The notes: generated by a model from the sequence alone, not told the origin. A DNA stretch of 63,127 nucleotides, filler included, from Basidiobolus ranarum (GCA_040143965.1; 45 parts of 45 records of this genome joined end to end with filler, not necessarily neighbours in it); one strand, 5' to 3'; counted from the whole stretch's first letter, positions 25,262 to 37,473 are shown. Numbers and translations are program-made.

Positions 25262-25362
25262 NNNNNNNNNNNNNNNNNNNNNNNNNNNNNNNNNNNNNNN
25301 NNNNNTTAATTAATTAANNNNNNNNNNNNNNNNNNNNNNNNNNNNNNNNNNNNNNNNNNNNA

Positions 25363-25970
25363 CTCCGATTAAACTTTTTAATATTAATTTGGTTTCCAGA
25401 GTTAAGATTCTAAGTTGGCCAGTTGTTTAAACTATATATTATCACATTTAGTAAATTAAAATTTTTCAAACCCTTGGAGAAACTTTTTGTTTTAAAAAAA
25501 TTTATTTCCAGAAGCCAAACTTGAATGCCAGGCACTAGTTTCCGCAATTAAACGCTATCACATTTAAAATTAAAATTTTTCAAACCTTACGAAAAAATAT
25601 TTTTTAAAATAATTTTATTTCTAAAAGTTAAATTAGGGTTGAACCCTAGTTGTTGGAACTACATACTATCATATTTAATTAATCAAAATTCGGATCCTCC
25701 GAAAAAACTTTTTTAAATTATTTTAGTTTCCAAAAGTTTAAATCGTGTTATATTTCAGTTGCTGCAATTAGACTATGTCATATTTAATAGTTTAAGTTTC
25801 GAATTCTCCGAAAAAACTTTTTGTTTTTTAATTTTTTTTAGTTTCCAAAAGTTTAAATCGTGTTATGCCCTAGTTGCCGCATTTAGACTATATCATATTA
25901 ATTACTTAAAATTCGGATCCTCCGAAAAAACTTTTTTATTTCTGATTTTTTGCATTATTAACTTCTAAAA
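25363..25970. repeat. Diverged AT-rich tandem repeat, ~110-bp unit, about 5.5 copies
   Basis: Units start near 25363, 25472, 25586, 25697, 25806 and 25920 (ctccgaaaaaactttt...tttccaaaagtt...agttg...tcatattt...aaattcggatc). Confidence 0.85.
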
Positions 25971-26043
25971 ATCGTAAATGTAGATAGAATGAACAAGCTA
26001 AATTGGTAATAAATAAATTATTATTTGTGGAAATCAAATTATC

Positions 26044-26667
26044 ATGGACGTATCAGACTTTGGTAACTCTGCTTCACAGTTTTCTCTCAAAGAAGAACTG
26101 GCGCTAAGAATAAATATCTCTGACGTTGATTGCATTAAAGATATTATAGGAACAACCGACGATGTCATAGATGATACTTCGTTTGCAAAATTTTACTTAC
26201 CTGGGTTTAACAAAGGAGAAATTATGACATTTGTCCCAACTAAACACCCAGAACTATTTAGTAGCCAAAAAAAATTTTTAAATAAACTTCGCATTGTCAT
26301 GGTAAATAACGATATAACTAGTGTTGGCATAAATTTCGAAAAATATATAGACGAATTCGTATCTTTCCTATATAGCGAAATGGAATTTGACGATGGAGAA
26401 GAACTTACTATGCAACCATGTCATCTCAGAATGGAAATTGGAGAAACAACGTTCGCCGCCTATGCCGACCGAGAAGGCAGACGCGGAACCGAAATCGTAT
26501 GGATCTTGAACGAAGACAAACACAGAGGATCTACAAGATATAAAAAGGGAGAGGTCCAAATGGTAGCGTGTATGATTGCTGCCATGCAATGGAATTATAG
26601 CATATCAGAAGATGCATGCCCTAAAAAAATTATAGGTATTCGAGTTATTGGTGATAAATTTTGCTTT
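26044..26667 (+). CDS. Intronless ORF (>208 aa, 3' truncated), probable PD-(D/E)XK restriction-endonuclease-like fold
   Basis: E(KYIDEF)...AYADREG...IVWILNEDKH...GEVQMVACMIAA...IIGIRVIG pattern; no stops; CpG retained. Confidence 0.6.
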
Positions 26668-26767
26668 NNNNNNNNNNNNNNNNNNNNNNNNNNNNNNNNN
26701 NNNNNNNNNNNTTAATTAATTAANNNNNNNNNNNNNNNNNNNNNNNNNNNNNNNNNNNNNNNNNNNN

Positions 26768-26938
26768 CCATGTATTCCTTGATCAGACCTCAGTCTGATC
26801 AATGCCAGTTATCAATAAAGATTCTTGCCAAAGTATCTTCCTTGTCCAGTCTTGTCTTGTGGTCTACACCCAAGTACTCTCCTGCCTTCTAGCCTCTTGT
26901 TGTTGTTCCCAGTCCTTGTCCAGTTCCTTATTGTGACA
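26768..26938. repeat. LTR-C terminus (...CCTTATTGTGACA)
   Basis: Reverse complement of 18135-18229 and 38002-38120. Confidence 0.85.
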
Positions 26939-28072
26939 AAAAAGGCCTTTGGGATTTGTTACAGGAGAAGAACTACAGCCAAATGGTGTGCCAGAAGCCC
27001 TCCTTGCCTTTAACAAGAAGAGGAAAGCACTCTCTACACTTTGTCTACATCTCAGCGACTCTCAATTGAGGCACATACACTCAACCAACAATTTCCAAAC
27101 TGCTTGGGAAACACTTGATGAACTTTATGAGGCTTAAGGTCTGACTAATAAGCTACTACTTTATGTACAGGTCACTCTCAATTCAGATGACCTCTGATGA
27201 TTTGATGGCTAATCATATATATCATACAAAAACTTTGGCAGATCAGCTTTCATCCATTGGAGCACCTCTAAATGGAAATGACTTAGTCATGACACTACTT
27301 GAGAGCCTGTCAGAGAGGTCTGGGAACCTCAAAATTGCCCTAGAATCAAGGTCAGCACCATTAATAATGGAATATGTTTGTGTTAGGCTTTGAATGAAGA
27401 ATTAAGAAGAGCTAATTTTTAGCAATGTAATGCAGATCAGGCATTTTTTGGGGCTGTAAAACTTCCAACAGGGTTCAATCATGATGTCCCTACTAGGAGA
27501 TCAATCATCTGCAAGTATTGCATGCGACCAGGTCATTTAATCAAAGATTGCAGACAAAGGATTTTTGCCACAAACCTATAATCAGAACAAGCAAATCAAG
27601 TAAGCATTGATAGGGACAATCTTTTGGTGTCCAACCTATCAGTAACAGCTATAGAATCCTCAGAAATGTGGTACATTGATTCAGGAGCCTCCCAGCATAT
27701 GTCAAACAAGAAAGATTGGTTTTTCAGCTTAAAACCCAAGATGCAAAATCTACTTAGATGCAAACTATGCACTGGATGCAGCTATTAAGGGTACTCAATT
27801 TAGACTGAAATTCTGATACACTATCTGAAAAATATAAGGATGTACCCTATGTACCAAACATAGCCAAGAATCTACTTGCCATAAACCAATTAACAACTAA
27901 GGTCTAAGTATCATGTTCAACAAGGCTGGATGTGCTATCACAAATCAGAATAATACCAAATTAGCTGCTGGGATCAATACTCAAAACTTATACAAGCTAG
28001 AAAGCAATAAATTGCATTCTGAGTATGCAATCATGGCCAATTCCAATACAAAATGCCATCAAATGTGGCATA
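26939..28072 (+). pseudogene. Ty1/copia gag-protease remnant
   Basis: KGLWGFVTG, AWETLDELYE, LADQLSSIGAP, CKYCMRPGHLIKDC zinc knuckle, WYIDSGASQHM protease motif. Confidence 0.92.
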
Positions 28073-28172
28073 NNNNNNNNNNNNNNNNNNNNNNNNNNNN
28101 NNNNNNNNNNNNNNNNTTAATTAATTAANNNNNNNNNNNNNNNNNNNNNNNNNNNNNNNNNNNNNNNNNNNN

Positions 28173-29368
28173 GTCCTGAATAGCCTGCCACATGAGTTTC
28201 AGAGCCTAGTAATGGCTCTAGAATCAAGAACTGAAAATTTGACCTTAAATTATGTATTTGGCAGACTTCTGGATGAAGATTTATGCAAATCAGGATCTAA
28301 CCAAAAGAATGAAGAAAATGCTTTAATAGGTTATGGGAAACCCAGTTATAAAGGTCACAAGCACTTTAAGAAGAAAAGTAACACATTCTGTGATTACTGT
28401 AAAAGAACTGGCCATTTAAACAAATATAGCTTTACAAGAATTGCAAAAGAAGAAAATATACTGAATCTGGAAATGTAGTTACAATAGAAGAACACTTGTT
28501 CATATTTGCTCTATCAACGACTACCAACAAGCATTCTCAGATGTGGTATATTGATGCTGGAACTTCCCAACATTTCCCAAATGAAAAACATTGGTTTGTG
28601 AATTATGAAGAAATCCCAATTAGAAAGGTTTTTGTAGGAGATGACTGCACATTGGATTCTATTGGAGTGTGTACAATTCAGGTAGGTTGAACTGGAGCTT
28701 CTGAAGAAAATGTAAATACTTTCAAGAATGTAATACATGTTCTACATATTGCCAAGAATTTAATATCCGTATGTAAGGCCACCTCAGAAGGACCAAAATA
28801 CAATTTTGATAAGTGAGGATGCACCATCACAGATCAAAATTGGAATTGTTTAGCTTTGGGAGAAAAATGATCAGAACTTATACAAACTTACATATAATCC
28901 CAGAGGTGTATGTCTAAACATAATTTATTCCAATCAAGACACTATTCAATTTTAGCATAAGAGATTTTGCCACATTGGATTTGATTATTTGAGCAAAATG
29001 ATCAAAAATTGCCTAATTTCTAGAATTCAAACTAGCTCCCCAATGAAAATGAGAATTTGTGAGAGTTGTATACATGAAAAACAAGCCAGCAACTGTTCAA
29101 GAGCTCTGGTTTAATCAAATTTGTCAAAAAATTGGGTCTAATTCATTCAGATTTGTGTGGACCTATGCAAAATTTATCTTTAGTTAGAAAAAGATATTTG
29201 ATCACATTTATTGATTATTATACAAGATATACTTAGGTCTACTTGATGGAAAGAAAAGAAGAAGCTCAGTCTATCTTTAGAGACTTTAAAACACTTGTGG
29301 AGACTGAAACTGGAACTAAAATCAAGAAAATACTCTATGGCTTAAAGCAAACTCATAGTGCTTGGAAT
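28173..29368 (+). pseudogene. Ty1/copia gag-protease-integrase remnant, deleted into RT
   Basis: CDYCKRTGH, WYIDAGTSQH, IHSDLCGPM, then directly LYGLKQ. Confidence 0.92.
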
Positions 29369-29477
29369 TGTCATGATTCTGATCTCGGCATACTGATCCA
29401 CTGCATATGGAACTCTTCTATTATTAGATTATGACATCATATCTACTGTGCCATCCCTTCTTGGCAATCTGGTGTCA
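29369..29477. repeat. LTR-C other terminus (TGTCATGATTCTGAT...)
   Basis: Reverse complement of 38375-38482. Confidence 0.82.
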
Positions 29478-29577
29478 NNNNNNNNNNNNNNNNNNNNNNN
29501 NNNNNNNNNNNNNNNNNNNNNTTAATTAATTAANNNNNNNNNNNNNNNNNNNNNNNNNNNNNNNNNNNNNNNNNNNN

Positions 29578-29700
29578 CGCAACATAGCCTGGGGTAGATC
29601 TGTTACCGTGGGCGTTGGCAATTCTCTCAACCCGATCATTTTGCCAGACACCAACGCAAGAGTAGGTGGTACCCAAATCAATTCCAACAGCTTTAGACAT
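29578..29700 (-). CDS. HSP70: Cytosolic Hsp70, N-terminal fragment (downstream tandem copy)
   Basis: [41 protein letters not shown]; absent from the ORF track. Confidence 0.93.
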
Positions 29701-29771
29701 AGTATTAACTTAGATTATAGATGTGAAATATACTCTAATTTGTTACTAATCATACCCGTTCCATCCAGTGG

Positions 29772-29835
29772 TATTTATACTGTGATAATGTCTTATTACG
29801 ATTCCATTTGCAAAACCTTCCAGTAGATTCCAGAG
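29772..29835 (-). promoter_or_regulatory. Hsp70 promoter: TATAAATA (29772-29779) and imperfect HSE (29818-29835)
   Basis: TTCcaGTAgaTTCcaGAG about 40 bp upstream of a TATA box that lies ~70 bp before the ATG. Confidence 0.55.
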
Positions 29836-30440
29836 GGTATCTATCACCATTGCCATATGCAGAAATACGGCGCATAATTTTGCTTTAATTAATTATTGGA
29901 CATTTCATCATTCTACGGATTTAGTCGCTCAATGGAATGTGCTAGAAGCATTGGATTGCATTATTTCAGAAAACATCAAGAAATAGTAATTGCTTGACAA
30001 TCCTGATATTGTCGTTGTGCGGAATGATGCTGCTACCCTATGGCAATCAATAGTGTAGGCTTACGATATGAGCACACTTAATGGTATTTTGTGAAAATGG
30101 TGCTACTTCAAAATTACTAGAACACCTTATTCTCATACGTCACAAAATAATTTACTTTTGATAATGAATAATTATCTTGCAATAGAATATTAAGTGTACC
30201 AGGTAATACTTGTACTAGTTGGGGAAGTAGGTCACGAAGTGATTTAGTAGATACGTGAGGTACAATGGATGCGCAAAGAATGTATTTTTCTTCAGAAATC
30301 ATTCGACACTCTGTAGTTAGAGAAAATATTTATTTCAGAAATTATTCATGGAAAATATACAATTTATCAACAGGGATAAATAATTTTAAAATACAAAAGA
30401 AGCAGGACTAAGTTGATCAGATGAGAATTTGAACTCGTTT

Positions 30441-30882
30441 TTAATCCAATTCCTCGACAGTAGGTCCATTACTATCACCAGCAGATGCCCCACCAGCTCC
30501 AGGAAATCCTCCAGGAGAAGCACCTCCAGCCCCGGGGTAGCCTCCTGGTGCTCCGCCAGCAGCTTGGTACATTTTGGTCATGATAGGGTTAGCAACACCT
30601 TCCAACTCCTTCTGTTTGTCGTCATACTCTTCCTTGGAAGCCTCTTGACTTCCATCCAACCAGCTAATGGTGCCGTTGATAGCTTCCTCGAGCTTCTTCT
30701 TGTCATTAGCATCCAATTGCCCAGCAACCTTCTCATCTTGAAGAGTATTACGGAGAGAATAGGCATAAGATTCGAGTCCGTTCTTGGCAGAGATACGGGA
30801 AGCAGCTTCCTCATCCTCAGCCTTGTACTTCTCGGCTTCAGAAACCATACGCTCGATATCTTCCTTGGAAAGACGTCCCTTG
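30441..30882 (-). CDS. HSP70: Cytosolic Hsp70, C-terminal fragment (upstream tandem copy)
   Basis: [24 protein letters not shown]...KNGLESYAY...GGAPGG...GPTVEELD*. Confidence 0.97.
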
Positions 30883-30983
30883 NNNNNNNNNNNNNNNNNN
30901 NNNNNNNNNNNNNNNNNNNNNNNNNNTTAATTAATTAANNNNNNNNNNNNNNNNNNNNNNNNNNNNNNNNNNNNNNNNNNNNC

Positions 30984-31394
30984 TGTAAAGGTTAGAACAT
31001 GTGGCTCATATCATATTGGGAAAATATGGGCTGTTTGGAGGAACTTAAGAAAAGTAGACTTGTGATTAGGGGTGTGAGAGTTATTATTTATTGTCCAGAA
31101 ATAAAGCATTTGTACATTTTGGTGAATAAACTACAAACTAACACTGGGGTTGTGTTCCTAACATCTGTGGGAGTAAAATCAGCTATCTTTGGGGCAATTT
31201 GGACAAGTTTGAAATTTCCAATATGAAATTGCTAATTCTCTCATTATTCATATATATATATATAATATATGTTCTGATTATCAGTTAACTGATGTTTCAC
31301 TAAGTAATGTTAACTAGCTTATATGTGATATATGAAATAGTTAAGTGTATATAGATAAGGATAACAAATATGATAAAAATAATAATCTTCAACA
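30984..31394 (-). repeat. Complete LTR-A (411 bp, TGTTGAAG...CCTTTACA) inserted in copia pol
   Basis: Both termini visible. The same CCTTTACA end is at 35400 and the TGTTGAA start at 17367, 39522 and 41059. Confidence 0.88.
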
Positions 31395-32286
31395 TTTATC
31401 TGATGCTTCTGAAGTGAAAGTATATACTTTTAAGGATTTATTACATGTTCCAGATATTGCCAAAAGTTTTATATCTGTATGCAAGGCAACCTCAGAAGGG
31501 CTAAAATTCAATTTTGATAAGTCAGTTTGCACCATCACTGATAAAAATGGGAATTATTTAACTTTGGGAGGAAAGGATCAAAACTTATGCAAATTTACAT
31601 ATAATTCAAGAGGTATATGTGTAGATATAAGTTATTCCAATCAAGAAACTATTCATTTATGGCATAAGAGATTTGGCCATGTTGGACTTGATTATTTGAG
31701 CAAAATGATCAAAAATTGCCTAATTTCTGGAATTCAAATTAACCCCCCAACCAAAATGGAAATTTGTGTGGATTGTATATATGGAAAACAAGCCAGGCAA
31801 CCATTCAAGAGCTCTGCTTTAATCAAATCTGTCAAAAAATTGGATCTAATTCATTCAGATTTGTGTGGACCTATGTAAAATTTATCTTTAGGTGGAAAAA
31901 GATATTTAACCACATTTATTGATGATTTTACAAGATACACTTGGGTCTACTTAATGAAAAGAAAAGAAGCTCTCTCTATCCTTGGGGATTTTAGAACACT
32001 TGTGGAGACTAAAACTGGAACTAAAATCAAGAAGATATGTACTGATAATGGTGGAGAATTTACTTCAACACTATTTAGGCACTTTTGCAAAGTTCATGGA
32101 ATTAAGCAAGAAACTACTGCCCCCTATTCAATTCAGCAAAATGGAGTTGCTGAAATTGCTAACAGGACTATAATAGAAATGGCAAGATCTATGAATAATG
32201 CACAAAATTTATCTCATAACATTTGGGTGGAATCTGTTGCTACAGCTATATATCTGAAGGATAGGAGTTTTACCATAAGTCTGTCT
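31395..32286 (+). pseudogene. Ty1/copia pre-integrase and integrase remnant
   Basis: LWHKRFGH, CVDCIYGKQ, IHSDLCGPM, TDNGGEF, QQNGVAE. Confidence 0.93.
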
Positions 32287-32386
32287 NNNNNNNNNNNNNN
32301 NNNNNNNNNNNNNNNNNNNNNNNNNNNNNNTTAATTAATTAANNNNNNNNNNNNNNNNNNNNNNNNNNNNNNNNNNNNNNNNNNNN

Positions 32387-33690
32387 ACACCATTACAAAG
32401 ATCTGCAATTTCAGAGTTGGATATACTGGCTAGTACGGTTATGATGGAATTAAACTTTACTACAGGGGCAAATATTTTATGGTAGTCCATCTCTTCCATT
32501 TGAGAGTATCCTTCAGCCACAAGTCTGGATTTAGATCTTTCTACAGATCTATCAGCTTGCTGTTTGACTTTAAACACCTATTTTCATCCAATTAATTTTT
32601 GGTCATCAGGTAACTTAACCAAAGTCCAAGTTTGATTATCAATGAGTGACTGATACTCCTCTGCCTTAGCAGCACTTCAAAACTTTGTGTTGGGACTTCC
32701 CATAGCCTTCTGTACTAATTTGGGCTCTTCAGAAAAGACTAAATTAGCACTATGCCCATTTTAGCTGGTTTGAGAGTAGTAACTTGATGGAGATCTCATC
32801 CAATTGGATCTCCTAAGATGGTAAGTTGGCACTGCAACTTTTGGTACCAGTTTAGGCAAAGAAACCATCTCAGGCTTGGTTGAGCAGACTGCAGATGAGG
32901 AATTTTCAATGTTTTCTTACTGATCAGGATCTGGTGAATGATAGAAGAATTTTCATCAATTATTGTTTGTTTTTCTTGATCCTGGATTGTTTTGATTGAA
33001 AATTTTTCTATTTCAACAAACTTCAAGTCCCTTGACTTGATTAGCCACTTATTCTCAGTGTAATATAGTCTGTACCATTTTGTTCCATCACAATATCCTA
33101 CAAAAAGACATTTCAGGCTTTTTTGGTCTAATCTTGCACTCTCCTGGTCTTGAATCATTGCATATATGATACTTCCAAAAACTCTGAGATTAGCCACATC
33201 AGATTTACTTTCAAACCAAGCTTGATTAGGTGTCATAGCCAATAGAGACCTAGAAGTACATCTTTTCCTAATATATACTGCACTTGCAAATGATTCAGCC
33301 CATAACTGTTTTAGTAAATCTTGATCATGAAGCATTGATCTTACCTTTTCCATTATTGATTTGTGTTCATGTTCTGCTACTCCATTCTGCTGTGGGGAAT
33401 ATGGCACTGTAGTCAGCTGCTTTGTTACATGTGTTGAGCAGAAGTTAGAGAAGAGTTATGAGGTATATTCCCCTTGATTATCAGTATGGATAATCTTAAT
33501 CCTTAGACCTGTTTCAGTCTCCACCATTGCTTTGAACTTCTTGAAGGTTTCAAAGGCTTCATGCTTACTGGCCAGAAAGTACGCCCAAATATACTTTGTC
33601 TTATCAACAATAAAAGTCATAAAATACCTTTTTCCACCTAAGGATTTTGTCTGCATTGGGCCACATAGATCTGAGTGTATCAGGCCTAAT
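32387..33690 (-). pseudogene. Ty1/copia integrase to RT remnant
   Basis: PYSPQQNGVAE, CLFVGYCDG, KSRLVAEGYSQ, FAPVVK. Confidence 0.93.
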
Positions 33691-33790
33691 NNNNNNNNNN
33701 NNNNNNNNNNNNNNNNNNNNNNNNNNNNNNNNNNTTAATTAATTAANNNNNNNNNNNNNNNNNNNNNNNNNNNNNNNNNNNNNNNNNNNN

Positions 33791-35094
33791 AGCTGAAAAT
33801 ATGAGAAATTTAATCAAAAACAAGATGGTTGTGGGACTAAATTTTGTTATTCCACCAGATCTGGAGCTATGTGAATGTTGTTTATATGGTAGGCAACCCA
33901 GACAGTCATTTGTGGGCTCTGCAATGAGCAAAATCAATCAAAAATTGGGCCTGATAAACTCAGATCTGTGTGGCCCAATGCAGACAAAAATGTTAAGCAG
34001 AAAAAGGTATTTTATGACTGTTATTAATGATAAGACAAAGCATACTTGGGGGTACTTTCTGGCCAGTAAGGATGAAGCATTTGCTACCTGCATGAAATTC
34101 AAAGCAATGGTGGAGACTGAAACAGTTCTAAAGATTAAGATAATCTGTACTGATAATGGAGGGGAATATATCTCAAAACTCTTTGCTAACTTCTGCTCAA
34201 TACATGGGATAAAGCAGCATACTACAGTACCATATTCTCCACCACAGAATGGAGTACCACAATGTGCAAAGAGATCATTAATGGAAAAGGCAAGATCAAT
34301 ACTTGATGATCAAGATTTACCAAAACAGTTCTGGGCAGAAACAGTTGCAACTGCAGTATATACTAGGAACAGATGTCCTTCTAAGTCTCTATTGGCTATG
34401 ACACCTTACCAAGCATGGTCTGGAAGTAAACCTGATGTGGCTAATCTCAGAGTTTTTGGAAGTACCACATATTCAATGATTCCTGACCAGAAGAGATCAA
34501 AATAGACTGAAAAAGCCAGAAATGTCTTTTTTTTGGGTTATTGCGATGGAACAAAAGGGTACAGACTGCGTTACACTAAAAGTAAGATGCTAATCAAGTT
34601 AAGGGATGTGGAATTGGCTGAAGAAGAAATATTTTCAATCAAAACAATCCAGGATCAAGAAAAACAGCCAAGAATTGATGAAAATTCTTCTTTCTCTTAC
34701 CAGATCTTGACCATTAAGAAAAACATTGAAAATTCTTGACCTTTGGTATTCTCTACTGAGCCTGAGGTGGTTTCATTGGCTAAATTGGTACCAGAAGCTG
34801 TAGTGCCATTTTCCCATCTTAGGAGATCCAATCAGAAGAAATCTCCACCTGATTACTACTTTTGCACTAGGTAATAGAAGACTAGTGCTAATTTAGCCTG
34901 TTCTGATGTGCCTAAATCAGTACAGGAGGCTATGGAGAGTCCTAACACAAAGTTTTGGAGTGCTGCAATGGCAGAAGAGTATCAGTCACTCATAGATAAC
35001 CAAACTTGGCCTTTGGTTAAGTTGCCTGATGTCCAAAAATCAATTGGATGCAAATAGGTGTTTAAGGTTAAACTGCTAGCCAATGGATCTGTAG
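33791..35094 (+). pseudogene. Ty1/copia integrase to RT remnant (same family as the previous contig)
   Basis: CECCLYGRQ, SDLCGPM, TDNGGEY, PPQNGV, LRVFGS. Confidence 0.93.
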
Positions 35095-35194
35095 NNNNNN
35101 NNNNNNNNNNNNNNNNNNNNNNNNNNNNNNNNNNNNNNTTAATTAATTAANNNNNNNNNNNNNNNNNNNNNNNNNNNNNNNNNNNNNNNNNNNN

Positions 35195-36498
35195 TGTCCA
35201 AATTGCCCCAAAGATAGCTCAGTTTACTCCCACAGATGTTCTGAACACAACCCCAGTGTTAGTTTTCTGTATTTCCACCAAAATGTATAAATGCTTAATT
35301 TCTGGTCAATAAATAATTATCTCAAAAAGCTATTCACAACTCCACTTTTCTAAAGTTCCTCCAAACAGCCCATATTTTCCCAATAGTTCTAACCTTTACA
35401 GCATAATCAATGGAGTCTACTCTATAAGGAATATGCATTACTACTATCCAAATACAAAACTAAACTCCATGATTTTACTGTCAAGAGCCTGGTCAGATTT
35501 CAACATGATCACTGATATCAATTCATCAAATAGTCAGTCTAACATCAAACTTGGTATTAGTCATAAGCCTCAGATTATATTGCTAAAGGAGATCAGCTAG
35601 AGCCAGAGCTTCCCAGTAGGCACTATGAACTTACTATTCAACAACATTCCAATGCTACATACTCAGCTATATAGTGGAAAATTCAATATGAATAAGCCAC
35701 TCAAGATACCATCATATTTTACCAGCACTCCCATCAATATCCACTCAGCTAGGTGTTTATTCAAATGTAAAGACTGGAAGTATTGAATTTGTATATATTC
35801 AAGTGAAATCTTGAAAAAATTTCTGCCAGATAAGTATTGGCAACATTGGGAGTTGTTTGTTGGTATTGTTAATATATTCTTATGGCATCAACTCACATTG
35901 GCAGATCTCAGGCAGATGCAGCAACTGTGCAAAGATTTTGTAATTGGATATGAAGAGCTTTATTACAGTTTGAAAGAAGATAGATTGAATCTATGCCAAT
36001 ATTCAATACATTCCCTGCTGCATCTTTCACATTACTTAGAGATTTTAGGCCCTTGCTATACATTATGGGAGTTCCCACTGGAGTGCACCTGCAGTAAAAT
36101 GATGCTCCATGTGAAATCATCAGTATTATTGTATGATAATCTGATTAACAATGTATCAGCAAAATCAGTGATGGATGTAATACAAAGGGTTATGGAGATT
36201 CCAGAGTATGTTAACCTGCCAACAAAGGGCTCTTTTCAACGTGCTCATGGTATTTCACATTGTTTGAGCATAATAACAGCAACAAAGCCCAATCCATGCA
36301 CATAAAGTAAGTACCTCTATAATTTGGACTAATTTACTTGTGTGACAATCTGATGGCATTTTTAGGAAAGTTGCAAGACGGACTTCTTGGTGAGATAGAT
36401 CAAGATACACAGTATCAATGTTTTAGCCATGGGGTAATCTATTCAAGCAATGACACATCTACTTGTGGCAGGACATTTGTTGACTGCTAGTCGGGGAT
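35195..36498 (+). mobile_element. LTR-A 3' part (to 35400) inserted in CMC transposase
   Basis: ...AACCTTTACA|gcataatcaatgg; ORF KYWQHWELFV...HSLLHLSHYLEILGPCYTLWEFPLE. Confidence 0.9.
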
Positions 36499-37191
36499 NN
36501 NNNNNNNNNNNNNNNNNNNNNNNNNNNNNNNNNNNNNNNNNNTTAATTAATTAANNNNNNNNNNNNNNNNNNNNNNNNNNNNNNNNNNNNNNNNNNNNTC
36601 AGAAGAAGAACATTCAACTTGACATTCAGTCTGGTGTTGACCATGCAGATATCTGGGAAGAACTTAATATAGAGTGGCACAATGTTGCAGGGTATCTGCC
36701 AGATAGCTGTAAGAATGTTGGTTCAGCAACATTATTACCATGGTGGGCTTTGATGGAGATATTGAAACAAACTTGTGTTGGGTATGAGCTAAACCTTGGG
36801 CATGAAGAACTCTATAAAAATATTCTGGAGAATATATTGAAGAGACTAGGGATTTTGAAGGTGACAAATTAGCATTCACATGGTAATTGTGTAAAATTTG
36901 AGACATATTTTTCACACATGTGTTGATCCATAGTTCTTTGAGATTTTAGCCAATCATGAGCAACTATTTTGTGAGATCTTGAAATTTCACTCCTGAAACT
37001 GAAAAATTGATTAAAATCAAATCTAACTTGATGATTTTATGACAGTAAGTAAATGGTCAATCCCAAATGGATTAAAATTGTGACAGTTTTCCTACAATAT
37101 CAATCCTCAAATTTCTGTCAGGGGGAAAGGAACACATCTGGTAAATTGATTAATGCTTCATCATTACTTGGGCTAGTTTCTGGCATGTTAA

Positions 37192-37473
37192 TATTGAAAT
37201 TATTTAGGGAGAAATATTGGTCTGGCCAGGATTTGAACCTGGGACCTCCTTCACTCTTGCAAGGTGCTCTAACCACTGAGCTACCAGTCCTTGTATGCTA
37301 TGCCTATATTGCCAGGGAACCTTAACCTGGTCTGTCAATGTATGGTACTTTGGTATTTCAGCTATAAAAGCAACTGATTGGCCTTAGACTTTGTGTTCAG
37401 ATGTAGTCACCATACTCCATATTTTCCTCTTTGGGAATTACTGCTTGTACCGCAAGTCACCAGACTTTCAACA
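37192..37473 (-). mobile_element. 282-bp solo-LTR/TRIM-like insertion carrying a tRNA-like sequence, 5-bp TSD GTTAA
   Basis: gttaa|TATTGAAA...TTTCAACA|gttaa. The empty site ggcatgttaatgcc is at 48179-48192. Confidence 0.88.
37218..37290 (-). ncRNA. tRNA-like cloverleaf (73 nt) with Pol III A and B boxes and a degenerate anticodon arm
   Basis: GGACTGG TA GCTC AGTGGTTA GAGC A CCTTG CAAGAGT GAAGG AGGTC CCAGG TTCAAAT CCTGG CCAGACC A. Confidence 0.85.

Noticed and set aside
25363-25970. CRISPR-like repeat-spacer array next to a nuclease
   Set aside because: Units align along their whole length (units 4 and 5 are nearly identical in the middle). There is no constant repeat with unique spacers and no cas genes.
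30429-30938. 169-aa plus-strand ORF
   Set aside because: Antisense shadow of Hsp70 coding sequence; it runs into Ns.
32387-35094. Large inverted repeat formed by two copia segments
   Set aside because: The two arms are separate contigs on either side of a linker.
37218-37290. Functional tRNA gene (nominal anticodon AGA)
   Set aside because: No U33, mismatches in the anticodon and acceptor stems, no long variable arm as expected for Ser, no terminator, and it lies within a TSD-flanked insertion.
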